From positions 1,856,001 to 1,920,000 of the forward strand of contig OZ251459.1 in the NCBI GenBank assembly GCA_965242525.1: DNA of 64,000 nt, given 5' to 3'. Both the position numbers and the translations under genes were made by a program. The notes beneath the pieces were generated by a model. It was given only the letters and a program-made list of their open reading frames with translations, did no database searches and was not told where the DNA came from. Positions 29,767-38,742 of the stretch are shown here, in pieces. How positions within the stretch are numbered: position 1 is the first letter of the stretch; each line of letters starts with the position of its first letter. This DNA comes from an uncultured Candidatus Binatia bacterium. Its GTDB lineage: Bacteria; Desulfobacterota; Binatia; UBA9968; JAJDTQ01.

Positions 29767-30644
29767 AATACGCGTTCTACCCCGGATGTGTGGCCAAGGG
29801 CGGCTGTCCCGAGCTCTACGCCGCGGCGGTCAAGGTCGCCGAGAAGCTCGACCTGGAGCTCGAGGAGATGGCCGACGTGGCCTGCACCGGCGCCGGCTGC
29901 ATGCCGACGCACCTGTCGGACCCCATCAACGCGCGGACCTTCGCCAAGGCGGAGCAGATGGGACTGCCCATCATGACCATCTGCAGCACCTGCCAGGGGG
30001 TCTTCAGCCAGGCCAACCACCGGCTCCAGAACGACGCCGAGTACCGGGAGCGGATCAACCGCGAGTACCTGGCGGAGGAAGGGCTTTCGTACCAGGGGAC
30101 CACCGAGGTCAAGCACCTGTTGTGGGTGCTGTTCGAGGACTACGGGATGGAGAAGCTCAAGCCGCTGATCCAACGCCCCCTGGCCGGCCTGAAGGTCTCC
30201 CCGTTCTACGGCTGCTTCTTGCGCCGGCCCGGCAACATCATGGTGCCCAACAGCGACGTGGCGGGCCGCAGGGGGTATCTGGAAGACCTGATCGGCGCCC
30301 TCGGGGCGGAGAACGTCAACATCAGCGGCAAGACCAAGTGCTGCGGCTTCCCCATCCTCACCGCCAACGAGGAAGGCTCCCTGGGCATGGTGGCCAAGCA
30401 CGCCGGCGAGTCGCGCCAGAACGGCGCGGACTGCATGGTGACCCCCTGTCCGCTGTGCCACCTGAACCTGGACGGCAACCAGCCGAGGGCCGAGGCACAG
30501 AAGGGCCAGAAGATCGACCTGCCCATCATCCATCTGCCGCAACTCCTGGGACTGGCCCTGGGGTTCGACACCGACGAGATGCAGTTGGGCCGGCACATCG
30601 TTTCCACCAGGGCGGTCAACGACAAGGTGGACATGCTCACCTAG
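29763..30644 (+). CDS. HdrB/SdhE-type CCG-domain subunit
   Basis: YAFYPGC, TICSTC, PFYGC, KCCGFP, TPCPLCHLNLD; GTGA coupling. Confidence 0.9.
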   Translation: MKYAFYPGCVAKGGCPELYAAAVKVAEKLDLELEEMADVACTGAGCMPTHLSDPINARTFAKAEQMGLPIMTICSTCQGVFSQANHRLQNDAEYRERINREYLAEEGLSYQGTTEVKHLLWVLFEDYGMEKLKPLIQRPLAGLKVSPFYGCFLRRPGNIMVPNSDVAGRRGYLEDLIGALGAENVNISGKTKCCGFPILTANEEGSLGMVAKHAGESRQNGADCMVTPCPLCHLNLDGNQPRAEAQKGQKIDLPIIHLPQLLGLALGFDTDEMQLGRHIVSTRAVNDKVDMLT

Positions 30645-30655
30645 CGGCCCGGACC

Positions 30656-30868
30656 GTGGAGCAGGATTACAAGCCCAACCCGGTCAACCTTGCGCGGGAG
30701 CTCTTCAAGTTCCGCAAGGCGCAGCTTCCCTTCGGCTACTACTACGCCGTCAAGGTCCGGCTCGGCCACGCGTGGGTGGAGGACGAGACCGCGCTGGCGG
30801 AGATCCTGTCCGGCATCGACGAGTTGGGGTACGAGGTGGTGAGAAAGGCAAAGGGCGCCGAACCATGA
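30656..30868 (+). CDS. small hypothetical protein (70 aa) bridging the two operons
   Basis: GTG start, GC-rich third positions, stop overlaps the next ATG (ATGA). Confidence 0.6.
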   Translation: MEQDYKPNPVNLARELFKFRKAQLPFGYYYAVKVRLGHAWVEDETALAEILSGIDELGYEVVRKAKGAEP

Positions 30869-31623
30869 GCAGCATCGCAATCGACGACAAGAGGACCCTG
30901 CGGCAAGACCTGTGGTGGCTGGAGCCCATGGCGGTGGTCCTGGGGCTGGGCGGCTTCGTGGTCTATTCCACCTGGGCCGCGCTCCAGAACGCCCATTACT
31001 ACGCCTCTCCGTACCTTTCTCCGTTCTACTCGCCGTGCCTGGCCATCAACTGCGAGCACGTGAGCGTGCCGCTCTTCGGCTCGTGGTTCAACTGGTCGCC
31101 GGCCATCCTGATCCTGTGGATCCCCGGCGGTTTCCGGCTCACCTGCTACTACTACCGCAAGGCGTACTACCGGTCGTTCTTCTGGTCCCCTCCGGCCTGC
31201 GCGGTGCGGGACGCGGCGCGCGGCTACTCCGGCGAGACCCGGTTCCCCTTCATCCTGCAGAACGTCCACCGCTACTTCTTCTGGATGTCGCTGCCGGTGC
31301 TGGCGTTCCTGTGGTGGGACGCCCTCATCGCCTTCCATTTCAGCGACGGCTTCGGCATCGGCCTGGGGACGCTGGTGCTGCTGGCCAACGCAGTACTGCT
31401 GTCGCTCTACAGCTTCTCGTGCCACTCGTGCCGGCACCTGTGCGGCGGCGGCCTCAACAGCTTCCACGCCGCGCCCCGGCGCCACGGCCTGTGGAACGTG
31501 GTGACCAGGCTCAACGAGAAGCACATGCAGATCGCCTGGGTGAGCCTCGTGTGGGTCGCGGTGACCGACCTCTACGTTCGCCTGGTGGCCATGGGCGTCC
31601 TGCAGGACCTGAGGTTCGTCTGA
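30865..31623 (+). CDS. Sdh1-type (Rv0249c-like) membrane anchor
   Basis: YLSPFYSP, FRLTCYYYRKAYYR, QNVHRYF, CHSCRH. Confidence 0.88.
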   Translation: MSSIAIDDKRTLRQDLWWLEPMAVVLGLGGFVVYSTWAALQNAHYYASPYLSPFYSPCLAINCEHVSVPLFGSWFNWSPAILILWIPGGFRLTCYYYRKAYYRSFFWSPPACAVRDAARGYSGETRFPFILQNVHRYFFWMSLPVLAFLWWDALIAFHFSDGFGIGLGTLVLLANAVLLSLYSFSCHSCRHLCGGGLNSFHAAPRRHGLWNVVTRLNEKHMQIAWVSLVWVAVTDLYVRLVAMGVLQDLRFV

Positions 31624-33425
31624 TGGCCGGTGAGAGCCGCGAGACCCACGAGTACGACGTGGTGGTGGTGGGGGCCGGCGGCGCCGGGCTGCGGGCCGGC
31701 ATCGAAGCCCACGACAAGGGCGCCAGGACCGCCATCCTCTGCAAGTCGCTGCTGGGCAAGGCCCACACGGTCATGGCCGAAGGCGGCATCGCCGCGGCCA
31801 TGGGGAACGTGTGGCCGGAAGACAACTGGAAGGTGCACTTCCGCGACACCATGCGCGGCGGCAAGCTGCTGAACAACTGGCGCATGGCGCAGATCCACGC
31901 CCAGCAGGCCCCGGACCGGGTGCTGGAACTGGAGGAATGGGGCGCCCTGTTCGACCGCACCGACGAGGGCCTGATCCTGCAACGGGACTTCGGCGGCCAT
32001 CGCTACGCCCGGCTGGCCCACGTGGGCGACCGCACCGGCCTGGAGATGATCCGCACCTTGCAGCAGCGCACGGTGGCCCTGGGCATCGACGTGCACATGG
32101 AATGCAACGTCCAGCACCTGCTGGTGCGCGACGGCAAGGTCGGCGGTGTGGTGGGCTACTGGCGGGAGAGCGGCGACCTGGTGGCGTTCCACGCCAAGGC
32201 GGTGGTGCTGGCCACCGGCGGCTCCGGGAAGTGCTGGCAGGTGACCTCCAACTCCTGGGAATACAGCGGCGACGGCATGGGCATGGCGCTGGAAGTGGGC
32301 GCGGACCTCATCGACATGGAGAAGGTCCAGTTCCATCCCACCGGGATGGTGTGGCCGCCCAGCGTCCGGGGCATACTGGTGACCGAGGGGGTGCGCGGGG
32401 ATGGCGGGACCCTGAGGAACTCCGCGGGCGAGCGCTTCATGTTCCACTACATCCCGGAGTTCTTCAAGGCCGAGACCGCGGACAACGAGGCCGAAGCCGA
32501 CGCCTGGTACCAGGACAAGAAGAACAACCGGCGCACGCCGGACCTGCTGCCCCGGGACGAGGTGGCCCGGGCCATCAACGCCGAAGTCAAGGCCGGCCGG
32601 GGCACGGAGCACGGCGGCGTGCTGCTGGACATCGCCACCCGCCGGGACGCGGAATACATCATGCGGCGGCTCCCGTCCATGTACCACCAGTTCAAGGAAC
32701 TGGCGGACGTGGACATCACCCGGGAGGCCATGGAGGTGGGACCCACCTGCCACTACATCATGGGAGGCGTGCGGGTGGATGCCGACACCTCGGCCACCAC
32801 CGTGCCGGGGCTCTACGCCGCGGGCGAAGTGGCCGGAGGCCTGCACGGGGCCAACCGACTGGGGGGCAACTCCCTGTCGGACCTGCTGGTGTTCGGGCGC
32901 ATCGCCGGGCAGTCGGCCGCGGAATACGCCCTGGGCGTTGACGCCGCGGCCGCGCCGGACCCCGCGGAAGTGGACCGGCTCGCCGACCGGATGCTGGCGC
33001 CGTTCGCCAACCGGGGCAGCGAGAACCCCTACGCCATCCACGGGGACCTCCAGCGCGCCATGCACGACCTGGTGGGGATCATCCGGACGGAGAGCGAGCT
33101 GCTGCAGGCCATGGAGGAGATCGCGGCGCTCAAGGACCGGGCCGCCCGGGTCAAGGTGGAGGGCGGCCGGCGCTTCAACCCCGGCTGGCACCTGGCGCTG
33201 GACCTGGGGTCGCTGCTCGCCGTGGCCGAGGCCGCCACCCTGTCGGCCATCGAGTGCAGGGAAAGCCGGGGCGGGCACACCCGGGACGACTACCCGGATC
33301 CGGACCCCGAGTTCGGCAAGGTCAACGTGGTGACGCGGAAGAAGGACGGGGCCATCTCCGTCTCCCTGGAGCCGTTGCCGGAGATGCCCGAAGAGCTCAG
33401 GAAGATCGTCGAGGAGCCAGTCTGA
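31623..33425 (+). CDS. sdhA: succinate dehydrogenase/fumarate reductase flavoprotein (Sdh1-type)
   Basis: KAHTVMAEGG (FAD His), QFHPTG, TEGVRGDG, LPRDEVAR, HYIMGG, HGANRLGGNSL. Confidence 0.93.
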   Translation: MAGESRETHEYDVVVVGAGGAGLRAGIEAHDKGARTAILCKSLLGKAHTVMAEGGIAAAMGNVWPEDNWKVHFRDTMRGGKLLNNWRMAQIHAQQAPDRVLELEEWGALFDRTDEGLILQRDFGGHRYARLAHVGDRTGLEMIRTLQQRTVALGIDVHMECNVQHLLVRDGKVGGVVGYWRESGDLVAFHAKAVVLATGGSGKCWQVTSNSWEYSGDGMGMALEVGADLIDMEKVQFHPTGMVWPPSVRGILVTEGVRGDGGTLRNSAGERFMFHYIPEFFKAETADNEAEADAWYQDKKNNRRTPDLLPRDEVARAINAEVKAGRGTEHGGVLLDIATRRDAEYIMRRLPSMYHQFKELADVDITREAMEVGPTCHYIMGGVRVDADTSATTVPGLYAAGEVAGGLHGANRLGGNSLSDLLVFGRIAGQSAAEYALGVDAAAAPDPAEVDRLADRMLAPFANRGSENPYAIHGDLQRAMHDLVGIIRTESELLQAMEEIAALKDRAARVKVEGGRRFNPGWHLALDLGSLLAVAEAATLSAIECRESRGGHTRDDYPDPDPEFGKVNVVTRKKDGAISVSLEPLPEMPEELRKIVEEPV

Positions 33426-34201
33426 TGCCTGAAGTTGCCGGTGCGGGAAACGGGGCGGAAGCCAGGATGCGGGTCTGGCGCGGCGACGCCGGAGGCGGAG
33501 AGTTCCGGGACTACACGGTGCCGATCCAGGAGGGCATGGTGGTGCTGGACGTGATCCACAGCATCCAGGCCATGCACGCCGGCGACCTCGCGGTGCGCTG
33601 GAACTGCAAGGCCGGCAAGTGCGGGTCGTGCAGCGCCGAGATCAACGGCAAGCCGCGGCTCATGTGCATGACGCGCATGAACACGTTCCCCCCGGGCGAC
33701 ACCATCACCGTGGCGCCCATCAAGACCTTCCCGATCATCCGCGACTTGGTGACCGACGTGTCCTACAACTACGAGAAGGCCAAGCGCATCCCGCCCTTCA
33801 AGCCCAGGCCCAGGGAAGCGGACGGGACCCGGCGCATGTACCAGAAGGACATCGACCGGGTGCAGGAGTTCCACAAGTGCATCGAGTGCTTCCTGTGCCA
33901 GGACGTCTGCCACGTGATCCGCGACCACGACGAGAACAAGCCGAGCTTCGCCGGACCGCGTTTCTTCGTGCGGGTGGCGAGCCTGGAGATGCACCCCCTG
34001 GACACGGACGACCGGCTGGAGTTCCTCCGCAACGAAGAGGGGCTGGGCTTCTGCAACATCACCAAGTGCTGCACCGAAGTCTGTCCCGAACACATCAAGA
34101 TCACAGACAACGCCATCATCCCCATGAAGGAGCGCGTGGTGACGCGGTTCTACGACCCCATCGCGCGGCTGCTCGGGGCGCTGGGCGGGAAGCGCTCCTG
34201 A
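33425..34201 (+). CDS. sdhB: succinate dehydrogenase/fumarate reductase Fe-S subunit (Sdh1-type)
   Basis: NCKAGKCGSC, CIECFLCQDVC, CNITKCCTEVCP. Confidence 0.93.
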   Translation: MPEVAGAGNGAEARMRVWRGDAGGGEFRDYTVPIQEGMVVLDVIHSIQAMHAGDLAVRWNCKAGKCGSCSAEINGKPRLMCMTRMNTFPPGDTITVAPIKTFPIIRDLVTDVSYNYEKAKRIPPFKPRPREADGTRRMYQKDIDRVQEFHKCIECFLCQDVCHVIRDHDENKPSFAGPRFFVRVASLEMHPLDTDDRLEFLRNEEGLGFCNITKCCTEVCPEHIKITDNAIIPMKERVVTRFYDPIARLLGALGGKRS

Positions 34202-34237
34202 CGCGGGCGGCCCGGTTCGCCCATCCGTCCGCACCGC

Positions 34238-35014
34238 ATGGAACTGTCGGGAAGACTGGCCCTGGTCACGGGCGGGGGCACGGGCATCGGCAAGGCCGTG
34301 GCCCGGGCCATGGCGCAGGAGGGCGCCCGGGTCGTCATCGCCGCGCGCAACGGGCCGAGGCTCGAAGCCGCAGCCGAGGAATTGCGGGGGGAGGGCCACG
34401 CGGTGACGCCCGTGCCCGTGGACGTGAGGGACAAAGCCGGTGTCCGCGACTGCGTAAGCCGGGTCCGGGAACACGGGGGGCGCCTCCACGTATTGGTGAA
34501 CAACGCCGGGGCGTCGGGCATGACGCCCATGGACGGCGGCGACGACGGCCTGTGGCATACCATCGTCGATACCAACCTCACGGGCGTCTATCTGCTGACC
34601 CGGGAAGCACTGGGCGTCATGAGCAGGGACGGCGACGGCCGGATCATCAACATGTCATCGGTACTGGGCAAGTTCGGGGTTCCCGGCTATGCCGCCTACT
34701 GCGCCAGCAAGCACGGTCTCATCGGCTTCACCCGGGCGCTGGCGCTGGAGCTGGCGCCCCGGGGCATCACCGTCAACGCCATGTGCCCCGGATGGGTCGA
34801 TACGGAGATGTCCCGCGCCGGCATCGAGCAGATGGCCGCGCAACAGGGAACGGAGCCCGAGTCCTTCCGGCAGCAGGCGCTTGCCTCGGTGCCCATCCGG
34901 CGGATGCTGGACCCGGATGAGATCGCCCGGTTCGCTGTGTACTTGGCGTCGGACAAGGCCGCGGGCATCACCGGCCAAGCCATCAACGTGTGCGGCGGAC
35001 AGACCATGGTGTAG
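34238..35014 (+). CDS. SDR family oxidoreductase
   Basis: TGGGTGIG, NNAG, YCASK, PGWVDT. Confidence 0.92.
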   Translation: MELSGRLALVTGGGTGIGKAVARAMAQEGARVVIAARNGPRLEAAAEELRGEGHAVTPVPVDVRDKAGVRDCVSRVREHGGRLHVLVNNAGASGMTPMDGGDDGLWHTIVDTNLTGVYLLTREALGVMSRDGDGRIINMSSVLGKFGVPGYAAYCASKHGLIGFTRALALELAPRGITVNAMCPGWVDTEMSRAGIEQMAAQQGTEPESFRQQALASVPIRRMLDPDEIARFAVYLASDKAAGITGQAINVCGGQTMV

Positions 35015-35017
35015 CTC

Positions 35018-35839
35018 GTGACGATCCCGGAACTCCAGGCCATCGCCAAAGACATCCGAGTCGATGTGATCCGCATGCTGGTGGAAGCGGGCTCCGGCCA
35101 TCCCGGCGGGTCCCTGTCCTGCGCCGACATCGTGACGGCCCTGTACTTCCACCAGATGCGCCACCGGCCGCACGAACCGGACTGGCCGGACCGGGACCGT
35201 TTCGTGCTTTCCAAGGGCCACTGCGTGCCCGCGGTCTATGCCGCCCTGGCCCGGGCCGGCTATTTCCCGCGGGAGGAACTGCTCAGCCTGCGCAAGCTCG
35301 ACAGCCGGATGCAGGGCCACCCGGACCGCTACCGCTTCCCCTACATCGAAGCCTCCACCGGCTCCCTGGGGCAGGGGCTGTCCGTGGCCCTCGGCATGGC
35401 GCTGGCGGGCAAGACCGGCGCGGACGCCCGGGATTACCGGGTCTATTGCGTCATCAGCGACGGGGAATGCCAAGCCGGGCAGATATGGGAGGCGGCCATG
35501 GCCGCGCCCCGGTTCAGGCTCGACAACCTCTGCGTGCTCATGGACTACAACCATATCCAGTTGAGCGGCGGGGTGGATGAGATCATGAGCCTGGAGCCCC
35601 TGCTGGACAAGTGGCGCGCCTTCAACTGGAACACCCTGGAGATCGACGGCCACGACTTCCCCGCCATCCTGAAGGCGCTGGAGGCCGCAGGGCGGCATGG
35701 GGACGGCCCCACCATCATCGTCTGCCAGACCGTCAAGGGCAAGGGCGTCAGCTTCATGGAAAACCGATGGGAGTGGCACGGCAAGGCTCCCACCACCGAG
35801 GAAGGAGAACGCGCCATCCATGAGATCCGCAACGCCTGA
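35018..35839 (+). CDS. transketolase, N-terminal subunit
   Basis: SGHPGGSLS, LSKGH, TGSLGQG, SDGECQAG, TVKGKG. Confidence 0.92.
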   Translation: MTIPELQAIAKDIRVDVIRMLVEAGSGHPGGSLSCADIVTALYFHQMRHRPHEPDWPDRDRFVLSKGHCVPAVYAALARAGYFPREELLSLRKLDSRMQGHPDRYRFPYIEASTGSLGQGLSVALGMALAGKTGADARDYRVYCVISDGECQAGQIWEAAMAAPRFRLDNLCVLMDYNHIQLSGGVDEIMSLEPLLDKWRAFNWNTLEIDGHDFPAILKALEAAGRHGDGPTIIVCQTVKGKGVSFMENRWEWHGKAPTTEEGERAIHEIRNA

Positions 35840-35875
35840 GCGCGGTTCTTCCGCGCCCCGGAAACGGCCATCCCC

Positions 35876-36799
35876 ATGACTGCCACCGCCACCCGCGTCA
35901 CCTTCGGCGAGACCGTCACCCGCTTGGCGGAGTCCAACCCGGACATCGTGGTCCTCGACGCCGACCTGCGGAAATCCACCATGACCGACGCCTTCGCCCA
36001 GAGGTATCCGGAGCGGTTCTTCGACGTGGGCATCGCCGAAGGAAACATGGTGGGGGTCGGCGCAGGCATGGCCCTGGCCGGCAAGGTCCCCTTCATTTGC
36101 AGCTTCGCCTGCTTCGTGGCGGGCCGCTTCGAGCAGATCCGCATGGCCGTGGCCTACAACCGGGCCAACGTCAAGATCGTCGGCACCCACGCCGGCATCG
36201 GCATCGGCGAAGACGGCTACAGCCAGATGGCCACGGAAGACGTGGGACTCATGCGCACCCTGCCCAACATGGCGGTGGTGCAGCCCGCAGACGCCGTGGA
36301 GACCCGCGGCGCGGTGGAATACATCGCACGACACGAGGGACCGGTATTCCTGAGACTGACCCGCCAGAAAGTGCCCGACATCAACGGTGAGGGCTACGAG
36401 TTCCGCTTCGGCAAAGCCGTGGTGCTGCGGCAGGGCGCGGACGTGTCCCTGCTGGGAACCGGCGCCGTCATGGAAAACGTCCTCAAGGCGGCAGACCTCC
36501 TGGCCGCCAAGGGCGTCGCGGCCCAGGTGGTGAACGTCCACACCCTCAAGCCCCTGGACACGGAGTTCATCGAATCCATCGCATCCGGGCACGGCAAGAT
36601 CGTCACCGTCGAGGACCACGGCATCTCCGGCGGACTCGGCAGCGCCGTCTCCGAAGCCGTAGCCGAACTCGGCCGAGGCCGGGTCAAGCGGGTTGGCGTG
36701 CGGGAGTTTGCCGAGTCGGGGGACACCCGGGGGCTCTACGAGAAGTACGGGCTGTCGGCGGAGCAGGTGAGCGACGCGGCCCTGGAGCTGCTCGCTTAG
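35876..36799 (+). CDS. transketolase, C-terminal subunit
   Basis: DVGIAEGNM, GEDGYSQ, TLKPLD, EDH...GGLGS. Confidence 0.92.
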   Translation: MTATATRVTFGETVTRLAESNPDIVVLDADLRKSTMTDAFAQRYPERFFDVGIAEGNMVGVGAGMALAGKVPFICSFACFVAGRFEQIRMAVAYNRANVKIVGTHAGIGIGEDGYSQMATEDVGLMRTLPNMAVVQPADAVETRGAVEYIARHEGPVFLRLTRQKVPDINGEGYEFRFGKAVVLRQGADVSLLGTGAVMENVLKAADLLAAKGVAAQVVNVHTLKPLDTEFIESIASGHGKIVTVEDHGISGGLGSAVSEAVAELGRGRVKRVGVREFAESGDTRGLYEKYGLSAEQVSDAALELLA

Positions 36800-36843
36800 A
36801 TGCAGGGTCGCATGCCTGACTTGGCCAGCAGGGACGGGGAAGG

Positions 36844-37587
36844 ATGAGGAGTCAAGTACCGGATTACATTGAGAGACGAATTCGCTGCCCGGTTCCAGCC
36901 GATTCGCGAGTGATCCCCGGCACAACGCCGGTTGTTGCCTTTGGTGACGTTAGTCAGGCCCGTGTTGCCACCCTTGGCATCAACCCTAGCCTGGCTGAAT
37001 TTCTTCGACAGGGAAAGGAACTAATTGCTTGCGACCGCCGGTTGGCTACGCACCGATCCTTGGGCGTTTCTGACTTGGAAAAGGCACCGGCAGCAGCTAT
37101 TGAGCAAGTGTTGGCGGATTGCAATGGTTACTTCCAGCGCAATCCCTACCGTGGCTGGTTTGACCAATTGGAGCCGGTTCTTAAAGCTTGCGGCGCATCC
37201 TATTACGATGGGACTGCTTGCCACCTGGATTTGGTGCAATGGGCCACCGATCCAGCCTGGAGCAAGCTACCTATCGAAGTTAAGCGCCGCCTGCTCCGGG
37301 ACGATGTTCCTTTTCTGTTCGAACAACTTACCAATGAGAACATTGAGATACTCCTTCTGAATGGGCAAATGGTTGTATCCGCCATCACAAGAGATTGGAA
37401 TGTCAAACTTGATAAATCTGCTCCAATTGCTGGCTTGGCGCGCCAAGATACCCGTTTGTTTGCCGGGATGATTTTGGATAGAGTTCAAACTGTCGGATGG
37501 AGTACCAATCTGCAATCATCTCGTGGCGTAACCAGCAAATTGAAAAAAGCGCTTGCCGATAGAGTTGGAGAACTGGTCGGTAAATAG
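36844..37587 (+). CDS. lower-GC hypothetical protein, possible UDG-superfamily fold
   Basis: 247-aa ORF; PVVAFGD...VATLGINPS..EF, NPY..WF, CHLDLVQWAT. Confidence 0.6.
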   Translation: MRSQVPDYIERRIRCPVPADSRVIPGTTPVVAFGDVSQARVATLGINPSLAEFLRQGKELIACDRRLATHRSLGVSDLEKAPAAAIEQVLADCNGYFQRNPYRGWFDQLEPVLKACGASYYDGTACHLDLVQWATDPAWSKLPIEVKRRLLRDDVPFLFEQLTNENIEILLLNGQMVVSAITRDWNVKLDKSAPIAGLARQDTRLFAGMILDRVQTVGWSTNLQSSRGVTSKLKKALADRVGELVGK

Positions 37588-37603
37588 CTGGAATTCTCAG
37601 CTC

Positions 37604-37920
37604 TTCCGGCTTTCGTGTGGGCAAGGTAGGAGGGAAAGGATCATGCGGTCATTGCTCCGCAGACACTTGCCCTGTCATTCCCGCGAAAGCGGGAATCCAG
37701 TCCAGTTTCATCGCTCTCGTTGCACAAACCTCTTCAGCTCGGATTACCTTTCTCGTTCCGCTCAGTCTTCCTTGCCCGATTCCACTTCCTGACCACCTTT
37801 TCTCTCTGGATGGCGCTTTCCATGGATTCAGGAACCTCGTATCCAATCAACTGGCGCACAGTGATGCAGGGCGCCTTGGGTTGGGTCGGAAGGATGGATT
37901 CCCGCTTTCGCGGGAATGAC
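37604..37920. repeat. REP composite with two dRS3-like cores in opposite orientations
   Basis: ATTCCCGCGAAAGCGGGAAT at 37677-37696 and ATTCCCGCTTTCGCGGGAAT at 37898-37917. Confidence 0.75.
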
Positions 37921-38060
37921 AGAGTGAGGCGTCCGCGACGCCAAACCGAGGACGGCATGATCGGAATGAGAGGGAAGCCGATCTCATTACGTGGGTGGGG
38001 AATATCACCACCCACATGAATTCCTGAAGAGCCAATTCAAATGCCTGAACCAAAAGCGGG

Positions 38061-38426
38061 CTACTGCAAACGTTCCATTTCCGGCCACCTTGTAAAAGCC
38101 ATTCCCTGGCAAAGAAGCGGTGATTTCAGAGTCAGAGAATCAACGACTTTTCCAGAATTGATGACAAAGGAGGTCCGTTGAAGACCTGTATAGCCACCCA
38201 TTCTGTTTTTTGCATTGGCCTCCAGACATACAATCCAGCCCAAGGGGCCTTTTAGCGGTCCCGCTATTGAAACGTTGCGGAGGGAGTACGGGTCGAAAAA
38301 TGAACGCTCAATATGTGCCTTGACGATATTCCGATAGTTCGTCGGGTAAGGGCCAATTTCGACCGGGCCGACCGTCATGCATCCGGCTATCGCCAGGATT
38401 CCGATAATAGCTATCAAGGTCTTCAT
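38061..38426 (-). CDS. hypothetical lipoprotein
   Basis: Lipobox IAGC; FFDPYS, CLEANAKNRMGGYTG; AGGAG RBS; lower GC. Confidence 0.75.
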   Translation of the reverse strand: MKTLIAIIGILAIAGCMTVGPVEIGPYPTNYRNIVKAHIERSFFDPYSLRNVSIAGPLKGPLGWIVCLEANAKNRMGGYTGLQRTSFVINSGKVVDSLTLKSPLLCQGMAFTRWPEMERLQ

Positions 38427-38480
38427 GGAATGACTCCTATAGTAGAGCTACTCGATTGACTCTACCATGAAACTGCGCAA

Positions 38481-38702
38481 TCACGCCACTTCGCGCATCG
38501 GCTTGGTCATCGATTTCGGCAACGTGCGCCCGGACGCCTGGAAAGAGGCCAGTACATCATCCACCACTTCGCAAAGTTCCCGGTACAACCGTATGGGGTC
38601 GCTGCCGTGTATCCCGGTGATGACGTCGGGACAACGCCCGAGGTAGGCGTTGTCCTCGTCGCTCCACTCGATCCATTTGTGGTATCCATCACTCGGCCTC
38701 AT
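38481..38702 (-). CDS. HicB-like antitoxin domain protein (orphan)
   Basis: IEWSDEDNAYLGRCPD..TGIHG.D; GAGGTGG RBS. Confidence 0.65.
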   Translation of the reverse strand: MRPSDGYHKWIEWSDEDNAYLGRCPDVITGIHGSDPIRLYRELCEVVDDVLASFQASGRTLPKSMTKPMREVA

Positions 38703-38742
38703 CGGCCGCCACCTCATTGGCAAAGCGTGAACGCACCCGGTT

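Noticed and set aside
36800-38480. Integron cassette array for the lower-GC genes
   Set aside because: No attC with RYYYAAC...GTTRRRY ends and no integrase; genes are in mixed orientation.
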